Positions 25,247-40,847 are shown, counted from the first letter of the stretch. The stretch is DNA of 64,000 bases from Eledone cirrhosa (GCA_964016885.1 OZ024741.1:291462001-291526000), one strand, 5' to 3'. Numbers and translations: made by a program. Notes: a model not told the origin generated them from the sequence alone.

Positions 25247-25468
25247 ATTCAGTTGAAGATTTTGGTAAAGGCAGGATTAACCAGGAGAATGCTCTCTACA
25301 TTCGTAGTGTTACGATGGAGATTCAGTGTAAGAATAACATTAAGAAAAATGGTGATGTTACATAAATAAACGATTTATGTAACATCAGCATTTTTCTTAA
25401 TGTTATTCTTACATTGAATCTCCAACGAAACACTACTGGTTAATCCTGCCTTTACCAAAATCTTCAAC

Positions 25469-25473
<5 letters not shown>
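25247..25473. repeat. Fold-back flanked on both sides by (TA)n
   Basis: attcagttgaagattttggtaaaggcaggattaacca / tggttaatcctgcctttaccaaaatcttcaactgaat; apex near 25370. Confidence 0.95.
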
Positions 25474-25509
<36 letters not shown>

Positions 25510-25514
<5 letters not shown>

Positions 25515-26020
25515 TATGTATACGTACATACATATATGTATACAGACGTACAGTAGCATATATATACATACATACATGTACACATATATATGTACGTATG
25601 GGTTTATCGAAAATGTATTATAATATTCGGTTTGTTTGTAAACAAACAACCCGAATTAAGCCGTACAGTTTTCGGCAACCATCGTTGCCCTTTTTTTCAA
25701 TACTGACAAAGGAACGATGAAATAGTTTCTAGCTTGTTAGCTGTCATCAGCACCGTATACCTTCCTGTCAATCGACCGAACGTTTGAAAGTATATACTTT
25801 CCTTATGCATATTAACGGCTGAGCAGCCTAATTTGCATATCTAGTGAGTTAGTCGGTCGGGCGTACCGAAAACGATAAATGGAAAAAATGAAATTTCATT
25901 TAACACTCTTAGTACGGCTGATACTTGAATATAAGTATGTATACGTACATACATATATGTGTACAGACGTACAGTAGTATGTATATATATATATATACAT
26001 ACATGCACCCATATATATAT
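25510..26020 (-). mobile_element. Copy of the 442-nt HHR repeat family (421-nt period here)
   Basis: Homologous to 63330-64000; terminal redundancy taagtatgtatacgtac at 25511 and 25932; decayed HHR at 25714-25756. Confidence 0.85.
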
Positions 26021-26765
26021 GTCCCCCTCTCTATATCTACCATGCAACACTCTCTCCCAACACCTCTCTCTATATCTACTACCACTAAACTCTCCTCATA
26101 TACCTACCACATGACACTTTCATTATCTCACTGTCGATATCCATAACCTCTAAAATCTCCCCCTCTCTATATCTACCGTATAACACTCGCTCCCAACAAC
26201 CCTCTTTATAATTACTACCTTAAAAAATGTAACTCTATATCACCCACACGGCACTCATTCATTGTTCCCCTCACTATATCTAGCACCACTATTCTCTCCT
26301 CCTCTCTATATCTATTACGACAGTATCTCTCACAGCAACCTCTATATACATTATCACAAAACTATCTCCCTCTCTATATCTATCATACTTCTATCTCTCC
26401 CAACACCCTCTCTATATTTGCTACCAATATTCTCTCCCTCTCTATCTACCACGCGGCACCTTTTCATTATCTTCCTCTTTATATCCATAACCACTAAAGT
26501 CTCCCCCTCTCTATATCTACTACCATCAAACGCGCCCTCTCTCTATATCTACCATACAACGCTCTCCCCCAACAACCTTCTTTATATCTACTACTTCCAA
26601 ACTCTCGCTCTCTCTCTATATCTACCACACGACGCTTTCTTGAAATACCCCTCACTCTATTCTTTACCAGTAAACTCTCCCCCTCTCTATATCAACTACA
26701 CGGCACCCTCTCATTATCTTCCTCTATGTATCTATCACCAATAATCTCTCCCTCTCTCTATATAT
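26020..26765. repeat. Degenerate minisatellite (ctctccccctctctatatctacca-like)
   Basis: Recurrent ctctctatatcta motif every ~25-30 bp. Confidence 0.8.
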
Positions 26766-27769
26766 AGGTTGTTCACGAGTGGAAACACCTACAAATCTTC
26801 ATATATTATGCACGAATAGTAAAACGAATAATCTAGTGTAAATGTGGTCAATTTACAAACCAATGACATACAAACAACAGTTATTGATGCATGTATATAC
26901 TTTTTTTTTTATTACAGTATACATTGAATGTATCTTAAATATAAACAAATCATCAATTTTGCTTCGTTATTTTCATTCACCAGTTCCTTTACTTTCTTCG
27001 ATTTCACTGTTGTGTTTTTCTCATTTCCTTTTTCGTTATATATGTGTGTGGGTTGTATATCTGGGGATGTGGGGTTGTGTGTTTGGGATGTCTATCACTT
27101 ATTGTCGTTGTCGCGTATCTCTGTAGAGAAAAGTAAAATACAAATGTTTAGTAGAATGTATTAAACACTGATCATGAACTGACAATCAGATATGTTTGAA
27201 TAATACATATTAAAGAACTGGTTAAAAAGTTTGAATATTCAACATTTTAATCTGCGTAACAACTCAAACACAAACAGGACCTGTAATAATTAGATTGTAA
27301 GCCTTTCAGATATATATAATATATTGAAATATAAGATAACGTTTAAGAATTTGACTTTCAGCATTTCGAAGTGGATAAGATAAAGTATGAGTCCAGTACT
27401 TGGATTAATTCTTCCCGTCTACCTCTTTCTTCCTTCCGTACTATCATTCACTCTCCTTCTCTGAAAGAAATCGGGGGCTATATTCAGCCTTGAATAGGTA
27501 ATGAACTTCGCCGGTTTTTAAAGCCCAAGACATGCCAAAAGGCACTGCACTGCCCCTATAACTCCTTCGGTAGTTACAAATTCATATATTTATGAAAGTG
27601 CGATGATTTCGCGATGATTATGGATGGGCATCACTCACGACGATTTGTCATATATGTTCAAATCGAAGAATTGAAATATTTGTTGAGTGTCTATTCCACA
27701 AAAAGAGGGATGATGTTTTTTTTTCAAATATCATTTCATATTTACGTCGTTAAAAGAATCATTATTAGG

Positions 27770-28008
27770 ATTATTGGGTAATTGTTGGCCTTGTGCCAAA
27801 AGTAGAAACAATTATCAGGATTGGCAGTATCGGTAGAGGGTCGGACGCCATGCTTTGCAGCAAAGAGTTACGACCCTTTATGGTCCGAGTTCAAATCTCG
27901 CCGAGGTTAACTTTGCCTTTCATCCTTACGGGGTCGATAAAATAAGGTACCAGTAATACACTGAGATAATTGCTGGCCTTGTGCCAAAAGTAGAAACAAT
28001 TATTATTA
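27770..28008 (+). mobile_element. SINE tail plus a near full-length SINE
   Basis: Head at ~27818, B-box, core and tail. Confidence 0.9.
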
Positions 28009-28096
28009 AAAACATAGAAGTCATTTATATAACAATAAAATATTCTTGAAGTTGCCTCCCTAGCTAACTCGGTCAACTAATAAACACTCTGTATGA

Positions 28097-28396
28097 CAGG
28101 CTTTCCCAGCCTGGGCGATTTCAACTGTTGGGTGGGCGATTGGAGATTTTGGTGCACGATATAGGATTTTACGTATTAAAAAATAATTTCAACATATGCT
28201 ACCCGAAATATTCAAAGAAAATACGTAAAGAACCCGATTTTTAAAAAAATCAAAAACAGGAGGGAATAACGAACCAGTAACAAACATTTACTAAACAAAT
28301 ATGTTATGCTTTTGAATGTTAAGTATACAGGTGGGCGGTGGAAATGTGTCCGTGTGAATGTGGGCAATGACGCATAAAAAAGGTGGGAAACGCCTG
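28097..28396. mobile_element. hAT-type MITE
   Basis: TIRs caggctttccca / tgggaaacgcctg; 8-bp flanks ctgtatga / ttgtataa (6 of 8 match). Confidence 0.7.
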
Positions 28397-28500
28397 TTGT
28401 ATAAATCCATGGATATTTGTCGGCTACGACGATGACGAGTATTCAATTGTTAGGCCAACTGAATACATGATTATTGAATTGGTGCACGAGTGACTGAGTA

Positions 28501-28790
28501 TCTATATATATAAAACTGTTGTTGTCTGTGTGTGTGCGTGTCCGCATTTTTTAAAAGTCTATACAAATTCACATTTCTAATCCGATTGACTTCAAACTTG
28601 CATTTATATATTCCTTGCGCTCTAAAGATACTAACTGCAGCTTTTATTTTTCAATCTTCTGTTGATAAAGGGGTGTTAGGCACCGGTTATCGATCCCCGT
28701 CGAGCCCTTATAATATCTATCTGTATGTGTGGCTGTCTGCATAACGACATTCTGACGAACACGTCATTGCTGACGTATTATTTTCGCTAT
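28501..28790 (+). mobile_element. Helitron-like 5' end
   Basis: A|TCTATATATATAAAA start; shares ggctgtctgcat..gacatt with the element at 6495; no 3' end identified. Confidence 0.5.
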
Positions 28791-28830
28791 ATTCACACAC
28801 ACACACGCACACACACACACACACACACAT

Positions 28831-28887
<57 letters not shown>

Positions 28888-29278
28888 CATATACATATAT
28901 ATAAATATAGACATAAACATATATGTATAGATACACACACACATATATATATACACGAAGAACAACGACAATAATAACATGAAGTTAAAACAACAACAAA
29001 AAAATGGAGAAAGTACTCACTTTGAACACATGGTATTAGTGCCCTATTCGTATCAAAGCATTCGGCGAAGCAGCTCCCACACAAGTTCGTGCTGAAATGA
29101 AACATTGTATAAATAAATACATGCACACACATATATATATATACATATATATATATACAAACACACACACATACACACACACACATACATATATATAACA
29201 AAGAGGGCATGGTAAGATACTAGGTGGACCATAACGCACTAGAGTACTCAATACTTAGGGTAGTAGAATGGGTAATAG

Positions 29279-29365
29279 GAAAATAGTCAGGACCCCGACG
29301 GCTGACCTTCGGCTGTTTCGACAGCTAGATCCGAACAGCAGCTCAGCCATCGGTGTCCTGACTAT

Positions 29366-29369
<4 letters not shown>
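29279..29369. repeat. Short GC-rich hairpin ending at (TA)n
   Basis: gaaaatagtcaggaccccgacggctga / tcagccatcggtgtcctgactattttc. Confidence 0.9.
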
Positions 29370-29421
<52 letters not shown>

Positions 29422-29749
29422 ATAACAAATTAAGTAAATTCCACATATTTAGCATCCTTTCATTTCATTTTATAATATATATATGTGCGTGTGTGTGTGT
29501 GTGTGACATGATATTATATATAAAAACAGTACTCCAGCATGAGCTTATCCATTATGACGAGAACAAACGAAACAAAGATCTGCAGCAAGTAATAATACGT
29601 CTAATTTGACTATATTTACTTCAAAGTCATGCAGTTATTTTTTTAATAATTCTATTATCATACGTCCATCAATGTAGAATTATGTGCAGGGCCATTCATA
29701 TGTGTGTGCACTTATCACCAATAAGGCTATTGATTGATGAGGAGAGCAT

Positions 29750-30330
29750 CAAATTGAACCACATGGTGCTTTTGGGTTTCGAGGCAGACGGAGGTGAGAT
29801 GTTGAACAAAGGAAGACTCGATCCGCTTGAGAGTTGAATATTGTGAACAAGTACCATTATAGAGCTATGATAGAAGAGTATCGTCAACAGAGCGCCATAA
29901 ATGATATCATCAGAAGGAGTCCTGACGCAGACCTTTTCGCATCACAAATGGCGCCAGCTGGCCTCGACCGTGGGGACGGTAAGAGTTCAGACAGGATAAT
30001 CCTTTTCCGGTACGAAGGGAATACATTTCTAATCTGGAACATCACGTGCTGCGAGACGTTCTCCACGTTCAACTTTGTTGCTTCAGCCATAATCCCAGGC
30101 AGAAGAGCGAAAATATTCAAATACGGGACTTGACCGACCGCTTCCTTTTCGTGTCGGTGACCGTCGAGACCACCAGAATCATTGCTCTCACAACTCTTGT
30201 GTTCATCCGCAAAATTGAGAAGACTGGATCCGGCAAGAGAAAGGAGTCCCGTGTGGGGAAGTGCCTGATCCAACGGCAATGCTTTCGCCATCTTGTTCGT
30301 AAGGCGTAGTTTAAATATGCCACCTAGATA
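29750..30330 (+). mobile_element. CRE-clade non-LTR retrotransposon 3' fossil (RLE endonuclease)
   Basis: AINDIIRRS..PAGLDRGDGKSSDRIILFRYEG..LIWNITC..KY..RFLFVSVTVET resembles the CRE motif EP.GL.R.DGKRPDG.T..P..G..L.WD.TC..KY..F.P.A.ET. Confidence 0.75.
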
Positions 30331-30826
30331 GGGATACAAAGTTTGTCCTTCCTTTTACCCTTTCCCCTTATTTTCATAATTGTTTGTGTAAGTTTCTATA
30401 TGTTTATTGTGCCAAATACTTTTGCAAATAAAGTCGCTGAATAGCTAAATAAAATGGCCACAGAATTGCTGCACTATTATTATTCAATATAGAATTGCAC
30501 AGAAAATAGAGAAGAGTATCACTGGAAGGCGTAATTATGACTAAATACAGTTGGAATATATACACATAGATACAAATGAAATTAACTATGAAATCCACAG
30601 TTAGGAATTTTGTATGAACCTGGCGCTGTGTGTACGTCAGTGTGTATGTATGATGACTGTGTGTGTGTGTGTGTTTTGATATATGGTATAGGACGCAAGC
30701 CTTATAAAATACATTAAATTCCATAGGCATATTTAATCATAACAGTAACTCTCCATTACCAGAGCCTATAGTAGGTTTTATATATATATACACACACACA
30801 AATACAAAAATATATATATATATATA

Positions 30827-31165
30827 TATATACAATATATTAACAAATGGAAACTATATTTAAAACCATATTTATTTCATTATACATATTTCAAGGGCCA
30901 CCAAGGCAAGCTAAGGTACGCTTTCATCAGATAAAATATAATATAGGTTAGTTTTATAAATAAATACTGTCATACCCTGAAAAAATTCCAACCAAAATGG
31001 TTGCATTTTTTCAGGCTATGACAATATTTATTTATAAAACTAACCTATATTATATTTTATCTAATGAAAGCGCACCTTAGTTTGCCTTGGTGGCCCTTGA
31101 AATATGTATAATGAAATAAATATGGTTTTATAAATATAGTTTCCATTTGTTAATATATTGTATAT
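30827..31165. repeat. Fold-back with ~165-bp arms, abutting (TA)n, with an HHR in each arm
   Basis: Apex caaccaaaatggttg near 30996; arms are reverse complementary. Confidence 0.95.
30874..30937 (-). ncRNA. Type I HHR (the mirror copy at 31054-31117 has CTAATGA)
   Basis: attttat-CTGATGA-aag..ctt-GAAA-tatgta-TA-atgaaat on the minus strand. Confidence 0.72.
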
Positions 31166-31516
31166 TTACTCAAATAATTTGTTGAGTGCTTTATATCAGT
31201 TATAAAAATATTTTGCTTGTTGTAAACCAACAAATTAAAAATAACCTCTACATATATATATATATATATATATATATAGAACGTCTCTATGAACCACCTA
31301 ATAGAATATTAGTCTACGACTTCTTTTATACCATAAACGTGGTTTTGTCTTTGCGTGTAATTGTTTTTCACCGCTCCAAATAATGACGTATTATATTCGT
31401 TTTTTGCCGTTCTTTGCCAGGGAACGTTTCCACGAACCAAAGTATCGTCTTCCTGTCTTCCTCCGGTTGCAACGTTTTTTGAAATATTCACTTCTGCGTT
31501 CACAGATTTCTTTGTT

Positions 31517-31567
31517 AGTTTCAGAAGATCCCGTTAAGGGTGAAAGCAGCGATTCTTTGCTTAAACT
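31517..31567 (+). ncRNA. HHR-like motif with variant core CAGAAGA; homolog at ~6831-6888
   Basis: agttt-CAGAAGA-t-ccc-gttaa-ggg-t-GAAA-gca..tgc-TT-aaact. Confidence 0.5.
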
Positions 31568-31587
31568 TTAATCTGTTATTTTAATTA

Positions 31588-32418
<831 letters not shown>

Positions 32419-32555
32419 AATGACTCCTACATGACTAGGAATGTTAGATCTGACATTCGTCTGACATTTCTGAAATGGGCATAACGTTTGTTATTTAATA
32501 AATTGAAATATGGAAAAGTAGAACTATGACTTCATATTTATTCGTTCTCATCTAG

Positions 32556-32677
<122 letters not shown>

Positions 32678-33366
32678 ACACCTGTGTATTCAAAACTACA
32701 TAGTCATTTCTTAATTTCCCGAATGTCATAGTTATTTTAATTAAATGGTATGTGTAGATAATTCAAGATAATTGCCTCTTCCAACGACCTCGTCATTATT
32801 TTTAGTTTGTCGACCGAAAAACATAGTAAAGTGCGTAGTAATGGTATAAATATCTAATACATCGATAGAGTCTACTGGGAGTGTTAAGTACTCTAGCCTC
32901 TTAGTATGAATAAATGAATCTTTTATAATCTACAACATAGGAAATGTGTATATGTGCGTGTGGACATGTGTATTCCTTTGTATGTTTATATGTGTGTTTG
33001 TCTTTGTATGTTTATATGTGTGTGTGTGCATGTTTGGTTGTTTGTTGATGTGTATGTCGATGTGTTTGTGAGTTTGTATGGGTGTGTTTATTTAATTGCT
33101 TGTATTTTTTGCTGTATGTTTGTTTGTTTCTGTGTGTCTGTGTATATGTGTGTGTTTGTGTGTGTATGAATACGAGTATGAAGACAAGTGTTAGTTTCAG
33201 TATTTGTGTGTTTGTTTGTGTGCGTTTGAGTGTTTTGTTTATTTACTCGTGTGTATGCGTGTCTGTGTTTGTCTAAGTGATTGTACTTGTATGTGAGAGT
33301 ACATATATGTGTTTGTTCGTTCGTTCTTGTACGTGTGTGTGTTTTATTTGTTTGTTTGCGTGCGCA

Positions 33367-33425
<59 letters not shown>

Positions 33426-33479
33426 CTGTGTGTGTGTGCGTGTGTGTGTCAGTGTGCGAACATCATGCTGTATGAGTTT

Positions 33480-34480
33480 CCTAAGGCCGGAACCTCCTGA
33501 GGCATGATCATACTATTTCATATTCCTCCCCTGGAAAAGTGTCTGCAGGAAACTTGTGTGATCCTCGATTCCCCTTTTCTGGTTTTAAAGTCGATACTAA
33601 TAGTCTTGTCTTTCTAGGTTGTTTAAGCCCTTTGAGAACTGATGTCTTTTGTACAATGCAGAAAAAGAATTTCCAGTTTAAGCACTTCATCTGTGACAAT
33701 GTCTCCAAGATACTTGAAATCCTTGACTGTTGCGCCTCTTTGGCTACTATTGTCCTAGATGTTGCTGGTGATGTCATAAACTTGTTGGGGATGGGAAGGG
33801 CACTGATCTTCATAATTTATCCTTTTGATGTCTAGTCAAGATTTTCAACTCTTCTGCGAGGCTGTCGAGGGCGTCGTGAGAACGGATATTGTTGATTGTT
33901 CTCAACCACTAACACAAAGCTGGCCCTTTCTCCATTGTTATTCAGTTCCTTTGATATTATCCTTTCTGGGGAAATGTTGAAGTTATGACAAGGAGCGACC
34001 AGCATTGATAGATCTCTACTAATGTGCAGAATTAGTATCAATCCCACCATATAGCGCGCTGCACTTTTTCTCTGCCGTGTAAGTGCGAAAGTGCTCTTAC
34101 AAAGTTTGGGCAGGTGTTATATTTTCCCCCAGTAGGCCAACTATGAGAGCCTTTTTGAAGTCAAAGAAGATTGAAAGGGCTGTTGCTGGATTCACACAAA
34201 ATTCTAAGGTTATAAATCTACTCTGTTGAGCTTCTGCTCTTTCTAAATCCTCCTTACTTTTCCTGTATAATAAGTTCAGCTTAAGATATGAATCTATTCT
34301 CTATACTCCATTGCTGTAGTTTGCTATTGTGGTTGATACGACTAATGGTGTGATAGTTATTGGATTGTTTCCTGTTGCCTTTCAATGGAACAATGATGTG
34401 TGATTGTATACAGGATTTGGGTGTATGTCCTGTCTTCCATATTTTATTACAGATGTCTGATCGGTGATCATATCATCTCA
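33480..34480 (-). mobile_element. Degenerate RTE-like LINE RT region
   Basis: Minus-strand GGFRKSRSSTE*IYNLRILCE, FNISPERII, and upstream IVPLK..ITITPLV remnants. Confidence 0.55.
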
Positions 34481-36225
34481 TCCAGCTTGAGCAAACTATG
34501 CCGGTCTGTTGTTGAATGCTGTTTATTTACTTTTCTTTAGAACAAACACCCACAATTAAAACAAATACCATGCTGTCGTGACATACAGTGTGTTTAGGGT
34601 TCTTTAAACCCATTCCTCTCTAGGTCGGAACAGAGCTAATTTATTCATGAAAAAGAGAGAGGTGGGTAGACAGAGATATAGAAGAAAAAACGACCCAAGT
34701 AACGGACTGGTACATTTTTATCGACCTCGGAATGAATACTACAAAGCATTCTATCCGATGTTCTAACAACTCGGTTAATTTGACGGTTATATCGTAAGGA
34801 TTGCCTACACTTAAAACAACAGTAGCGGCAGCAGCAGAAATAACAATAACAAAACAAAAACAAGAGCAACAACAATAATGCTATACTCACCGACAATACA
34901 TTGTAGGCACTACTTTATTGCAAGGATCACTTGCACACATAACAATAGACTGTCCTTCTGTACAGTTATCGACTACAAAGAATAAAAAAAAAAAATCATT
35001 TCATATTAATTCGACAATATTTCAAATTGTTGTGATCGCGTATATATATATATATATATATATTATCTCTTTTGCTTACTTCTCATTATCTCAACACCCT
35101 CAAAGAGGATTTCTGTCTTAAAATTGGGAGGATAGTTTCAGTTGTTTGGAGTTTTGTTCCCCCAGTCCTTGTATTCAGAATACAAGATTCTGTTTGCATG
35201 CATACACTTCATGCTTTGTGCTTCTCTCAGGCATTTTCATCTCTACTCTTCACTCTTTCCCTCTTACACACACACACACATGCATACGTACATGTGTGTG
35301 TGTGTGTAAACACATACATAATATATCTGCCATGTTATCTGCTTTGCTAAAACAACCATTAGTATGTAATGTAGAGTCATCATTTTAAAAAAATCTCTCA
35401 CACAATTATTCATGTCTTTGTCTGAAAATTTCTCACAATAAAATATGGTTTTAAAAAGGAATAGGAGGGTTAAAAGTTAAAGGAACCTCATGTTTAATAC
35501 TAGGATATGGTTAATAGCAACAGCTGTGTCTTATGTCTGTCTTTCTTACATCAGCATGTTTCTAACCTGTTATACAATAACCTTGTAGTTTCTTTTGTCT
35601 GTCAGTTGGTGATGTTGGTGCAGAGGTGAACGATTACAGATTTGATAGCCAACCTGGAAACCTATGTGGCCTCTCGATCTACTAAAAGTAGTAACTAAGT
35701 ATTCCACAAATCACTTTTTATAAAATTTGTTTACTGCTAGGTCAGGGAATAGGGGTAATGCCCATAACCATTTTCTGAACCTCCAAAACTGATGGGAGGA
35801 AGAGACTATAAACTTGACCCGAATGCTTATAATAAAGTGGACTCTACTAAAGGTACTTGAGCGTCAGGAATGTGTTATGCTGAGTAGTAGGATTTGAACT
35901 CAAAAGACAAAGGGCTAGAGCAAATACTGTGAGGTATTTCATTTGACATTCTAACAATACTGTCAATTTACCTCCCAAAACTGTTATCTTATTTTGTTGA
36001 CAACTCCCCCCCCCCCCCCCACACACACACAAAAATAAAAGAAAGAAAAAAAGAAAAAAAAAAGAGAGTTGATCATGATGGGATTAGAGCAAGTACAAGT
36101 TTCTGAAATCATTTTGCCCTACATATATCCATACTATAATAAAGTGATGAGTGCGGGACAGCGTCCATTTTATTTTTTTTTTTATCCCGTTAGTAAAATA
36201 AGTTGGATTACTTTGAATAAATAAT

Positions 36226-36410
36226 TGTTCCTACTTTAGGCACAAGGCTAGCAAATACCCAGTGCATTACTGGTACTTTATTTTATCGACCCCGTAAGGA
36301 TGAAAGGCAAAGTCAACCTCGGCGGGATTTGAACTCAGATCGTAAAGGGACGTAACTATTGTGGAAAGCATGGCGTCCGACCCTCTACCGATACTGCCAA
36401 TCCACCGCCT
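36226..36410 (-). mobile_element. Full-length SINE with 14-bp TSD
   Basis: tttgaataaataat at 36212-36225 and 36411-36424. Confidence 0.93.
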
Positions 36411-37528
36411 TTTGAATAAATAATGAATGAATATTATGTAATGTATCTACTAAATTTCTTAGCTCTTGATTAAACATAAATATTCTTATATATAAAGTGT
36501 TTTCTAATTTTAAGATTCACTTCTTTAACATTTTCAAATGTCAACACTTCCGGTTAGTATCTGTTATATTATAACACTTATATAACATCGCTTATATAAA
36601 CGTTCATATATTTGCATTGTTATATAAGTTTTATAATTCCGTTCCTAATTTTCTCCTTTTTCATTTTCATAACACTTTAATTTATTATATATGCTGTTTA
36701 TATATAATATTGTCTTTTATTAATGTATCACGGATTACTTTACTGATTACAGAAGAGAGACTTCATTCAATTTTTGTGCATATTGTCAATTACGATTTCA
36801 TGCATATATATTTGCGTATAATACCAATATGCACAGTACACATGCTAGCAGAAAACCACCTGAAGGATGCTTTTCTGCTAGTTTATATAATGATTGATTG
36901 GTTGATTTATTTGAACAGATTATAAGTTTGAGAACAGAATTTCTACTTTCACCCTTTCAAGGGATCTTCAGAAATTGAGATATTCTAAATCTGTAGATAA
37001 ATACTTCAAAATATTACAGGTGAATATCAGAAAGATGTACTTATTATATATCAACATCATCATCATATGTCTATTCTCCTTGCTATAACACACACGCACG
37101 CACACATGCACATGCACGTGCACACACACACACGTTCATGTTGAACTAGACCCCAAATCCTTTTTATGCAAGACAATGTCATGAAAATGGAAAATAAAAG
37201 CAGTTTGTCACCAATGCAAATATGTCCCTGAGATGAAGTGGAATGTTCAGAAATGTACCATTCCCAGTAACAAGAATTCTCATGGGACAAAGAACATTGT
37301 TTGAATGGTGATTTCATTGAAATGACGAGGATGGGGAAGCACTTCAAAATGTCACCCATAGAAGTTGAAAATAAGAATAAAATTCCCTCGCAAAAATAGG
37401 AGTCCAGTTAAAAGCAGGGTTGTAGAAAATATAAAACCAACCCTAAAGTTTTGTACAGATGTACTAAATCCTTCACTTCATTATAATATAGGACTATTGT
37501 TTGAAAGAAATGGTGGTATGTGTATATG

Positions 37529-37607
<79 letters not shown>

Positions 37608-37658
37608 TAAATATGTTTTGAAACAGTGAGCAGGTTCGAAATTAGAAAATAGAATAGC

Positions 37659-37840
37659 TTTCACCGTATTTTTTTACTAAAGAGATTTTAGTCTGATAAT
37701 GGGATTTAGAACCCTCAGATAAATTGCAAAAGATGAGTATTGATGTACATGTACATCAATACTCATCTTTTTCCATTTATCTGAGGGTTCTAAACCCCAT
37801 TTTCAGACTAAAATTTCTTTAGTCAAAAAATACGGTGAAA
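37659..37840. repeat. Loopless palindrome ending at (TA)n
   Basis: Centre aaaagatgagtattgatgtacatgtacatcaatactcatctttt; ends tttcaccgta / tacggtgaaa. Confidence 0.95.
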
Positions 37841-38764
37841 TATATATATATATATAACACAGGCATCGCTTGTTCAGGATATGTTACAGGTTCGTGTGGC
37901 TGGCTGTAGCCTAAAAGTGCACCAAACTCTATAATCTTTCAAGCGATTTTGTAGCCATCATATATAAAGGGAAGTGAAATACGGAAGAGCATATCCATCA
38001 GCTGCTGGGACATATGCAAATTATGGGACTTGCATATGTCCCATTGCATAGGTTAGACAGGCTGTCATGTTATGAAGTTTGATAGATCGGCATTATCTTT
38101 GGCTTGGTTTTCTGAGAGTTTTCTTTTTTATCGCACCAACACTAACACCTTATAAGGTGGACTGGGTTCCTTTTGTTTGTGCACCAGTTCAACCACCTCA
38201 CAGGTTGGACTGGGTGCTGTTTCTCATGTTACCAGCACTACCACCTTGACTGGCTACTTTTTGTTGCAAATGTGTTTAAGCAAGTGTCAACCATCAATTA
38301 CATAAAGGCTGATGTAAATATCTGCTACGGCTTCAATGAGTTTAAAATAAGTACCAATTTTGGTGATTTTTCATAATTCTCCTAAAATTATTTGGCAGCC
38401 TGTCAGAGGGACAGGCTAGTCACACTGTATCATGTTGATCTCCATGAAAATTACATTAAGAATACATGTGTTTGTAGAATGGTCAACTATTTACACATTA
38501 ATTTCACAAGCAGGCTGTCCTGTTGCTCAAACAATCGGAACTTTCATCATCAAAACCATTCAAAGTCCATTTAATTCCATTCCATTTTTCCCTTAGCTAA
38601 CAAAATAATTCTAGAATCTGAAAACTAGCATCATTTCACTTTTAGCTCAGATGTCCTAGGTTGTTTTTCACAAATGCATGTATTATATATAAATACAGTC
38701 ATGATTGCATAGTTAAGAAGTTTACTTTGCAACCACATGGTTTTGGGTTTGATTCTAATGCTTG

Positions 38765-39432
38765 GTGCCTTGATCAGATGCTGTTTACTTGAGAGAAGAC
38801 TACATTGGTATGACCACGTGATGCGCATGAAAGACGGCAGCTGTATAAAAAAGTGCAGGGCGATCAAAATTGATGGTAGTTACGGAGTAGGTAGACCCAG
38901 AAAAACCTGGGACGATCTGATAAATTCCGACCTTACACGCTTGCACCTCGCTAAGACAATTTCACTGGACCGAGATCTTTGGCGCTACGCAGTAATACAG
39001 AAGACCCGCCTTACCTATGTACAAAGCGAAACCTACAGTCAGTAGACACCTCTTAATCAAATATACACCATAATCCACTACCCTACCCTATCCTTCCACT
39101 CCCACCAACACCACCCTCTCTCTGTAAAGTTGGTACCACAACATCTATTTCAAATAAATGAGATAATGAGATCGAGATTGTGTAGGTGTCACGACAAGAC
39201 ACACAGTCCACGCTGTAATGTGGCCGTGTAGAAAACACGGTAAAAAGTTCCCAGTTCCACACTGTAAATGTGGTTGGTGTTAGGAAGGGCATCCAACCGT
39301 AGTAAACCTGCCAGATAGTTATATATGGGCGAGACACGGTCACCCGACCAACCTTGCCTCAAGTGGGACAATTCCCGTCTAACCCATGCTAGCGTGGAAG
39401 ATGGACGTTAAACGAAGATGATGATGATGATG
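38765..39432 (+). mobile_element. RTE-clade LINE 3' end plus a tail segment ending in (GAT)n
   Basis: ERRLHWYDHVMRM..GRPRKTWDDLINSDL; aggaagggcatcc..ggacgttaaacgaagatgatgat tail. Confidence 0.8.
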
Positions 39433-39475
<43 letters not shown>

Positions 39476-40515
39476 CGCGTGTGCGTGCGTGCGTGTGTGT
39501 GTAAGTAGGTATGTGTGGGTATGAGTGGGTGTGTGTGTAATGTTATAAATGTCCAGCCTGGTCGAATGTTTTGGATGGAGAATTGGAATCGCATCAAAAA
39601 ACTGTCTGTGATATTTTCTCAGAGTTTAAAACCAGCCGTGGTGATCTTTGCATGATATTTTCTCATGATTAATAAAGTAAAGTACCCAAGAAGTACAAGA
39701 GTCGTTTAAAAGCTCCCTGGTTGATAAGGTAAAGTACCAATAAAGTACTAGAGTTGTTTCAAAGCTCCATTAAAGGAGGTTAGGTGTGAACGTAATTGTA
39801 ATATGAATAACTAAAAAGAAGATCACCACATAACCGAAGGTAACCTTGTTTTATAAGGTGAAAGGTTATGGTTTGAGGGAATTTGCTTAGTACTTTTAAC
39901 AAACCTCCCATAAACAAGTAGGTTGTTAATGTACAAGAATGAAAAGGTAGCCAAACGTAATGAAATTTTAGTTTATAAAACAGAATTAACAGTGTGTAGG
40001 TAGAAAGAAAATTCTCGTGAGTACACCCAACAATGAAGTGGACTAGATACTTGCTACTTGATAATTAACACTTTTATGACCGCATTTTCAATTAAATACA
40101 CTCTATTTTCATTAATTAATGACGGATTTCGAGGGATTTACAAAAATCATAATTATTTCATTACTGAGACAGTAACTTACTTCTTATATAAAATTATGTT
40201 GGAAGATTTTAATATAAACTGGAAACCTCTAAAATGGATGATTTTATTTCATAGAAGCAGAACCGGTTTTGCCCAAGTTGGTAACTAAACCAGCAACAAC
40301 TTAGTCCGCTCTAAATAGTGTATTACAAGAAAACAACAGAATCAAGTTTGGAGAGATGCAGGGATGACGAATATCAAATTTAGTTTATAATCGTCTGGAC
40401 AGCCCTTTCTCTCTGTTTCGTCAAAAGTAATTGTATGTATGTATGTATGTATGTATGTATGTATGTATGTATGTATGTATGTATGTATGTATGTATGTAT
40501 GTATGTATGTATGTA

Positions 40516-40792
40516 TCACGAAGTCATATCAGCAGACCTCATGTAGGTTACGAAAAGCATAATCTGAAAAAGGAATGTGGCAAGAAATATGCAAGCATGG
40601 GAGGTCTTAAAAGACATATGAGAACGTGCAGTCAGAGCCAAACAGTGGAAAGTCCCAGAGGAAACTACAGTTGCCATGCATGTACCAGAGAATGCAAATA
40701 TTTGGCTAGTTTGAAGAGCCACATTTGTGCCTCACATTTTTTAGCATTTTATCAGATGATGGCAATGCTCGAACACCAGTTTGCGGCCATCA
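40516..40792 (+). mobile_element. Zinc-finger-encoding retroelement 3' fragment inside (TATG)n
   Basis: ECGKKYASMGGLKRHMRTC and CHACTRECKYLASLKSHI resemble the C-terminal C2H2 fingers of RTE-type ORFs; (TATG)n on both sides. Confidence 0.6.
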
Positions 40793-40847
40793 TGTATGTA
40801 TGTATGTATGTATGTATGTATGTATGTATGTATGTATGTATGTATGT

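Noticed and set aside
37130-37520. Coding-looking unique stretch ending at a possible donor site
   Set aside because: Stops interrupt the frames I read and there is no recognisable motif
40516-40792. Host C2H2 zinc-finger exon
   Set aside because: No TGEKP linkers or convincing splice sites; bounded by (TATG)n like the adjacent retro-insertions
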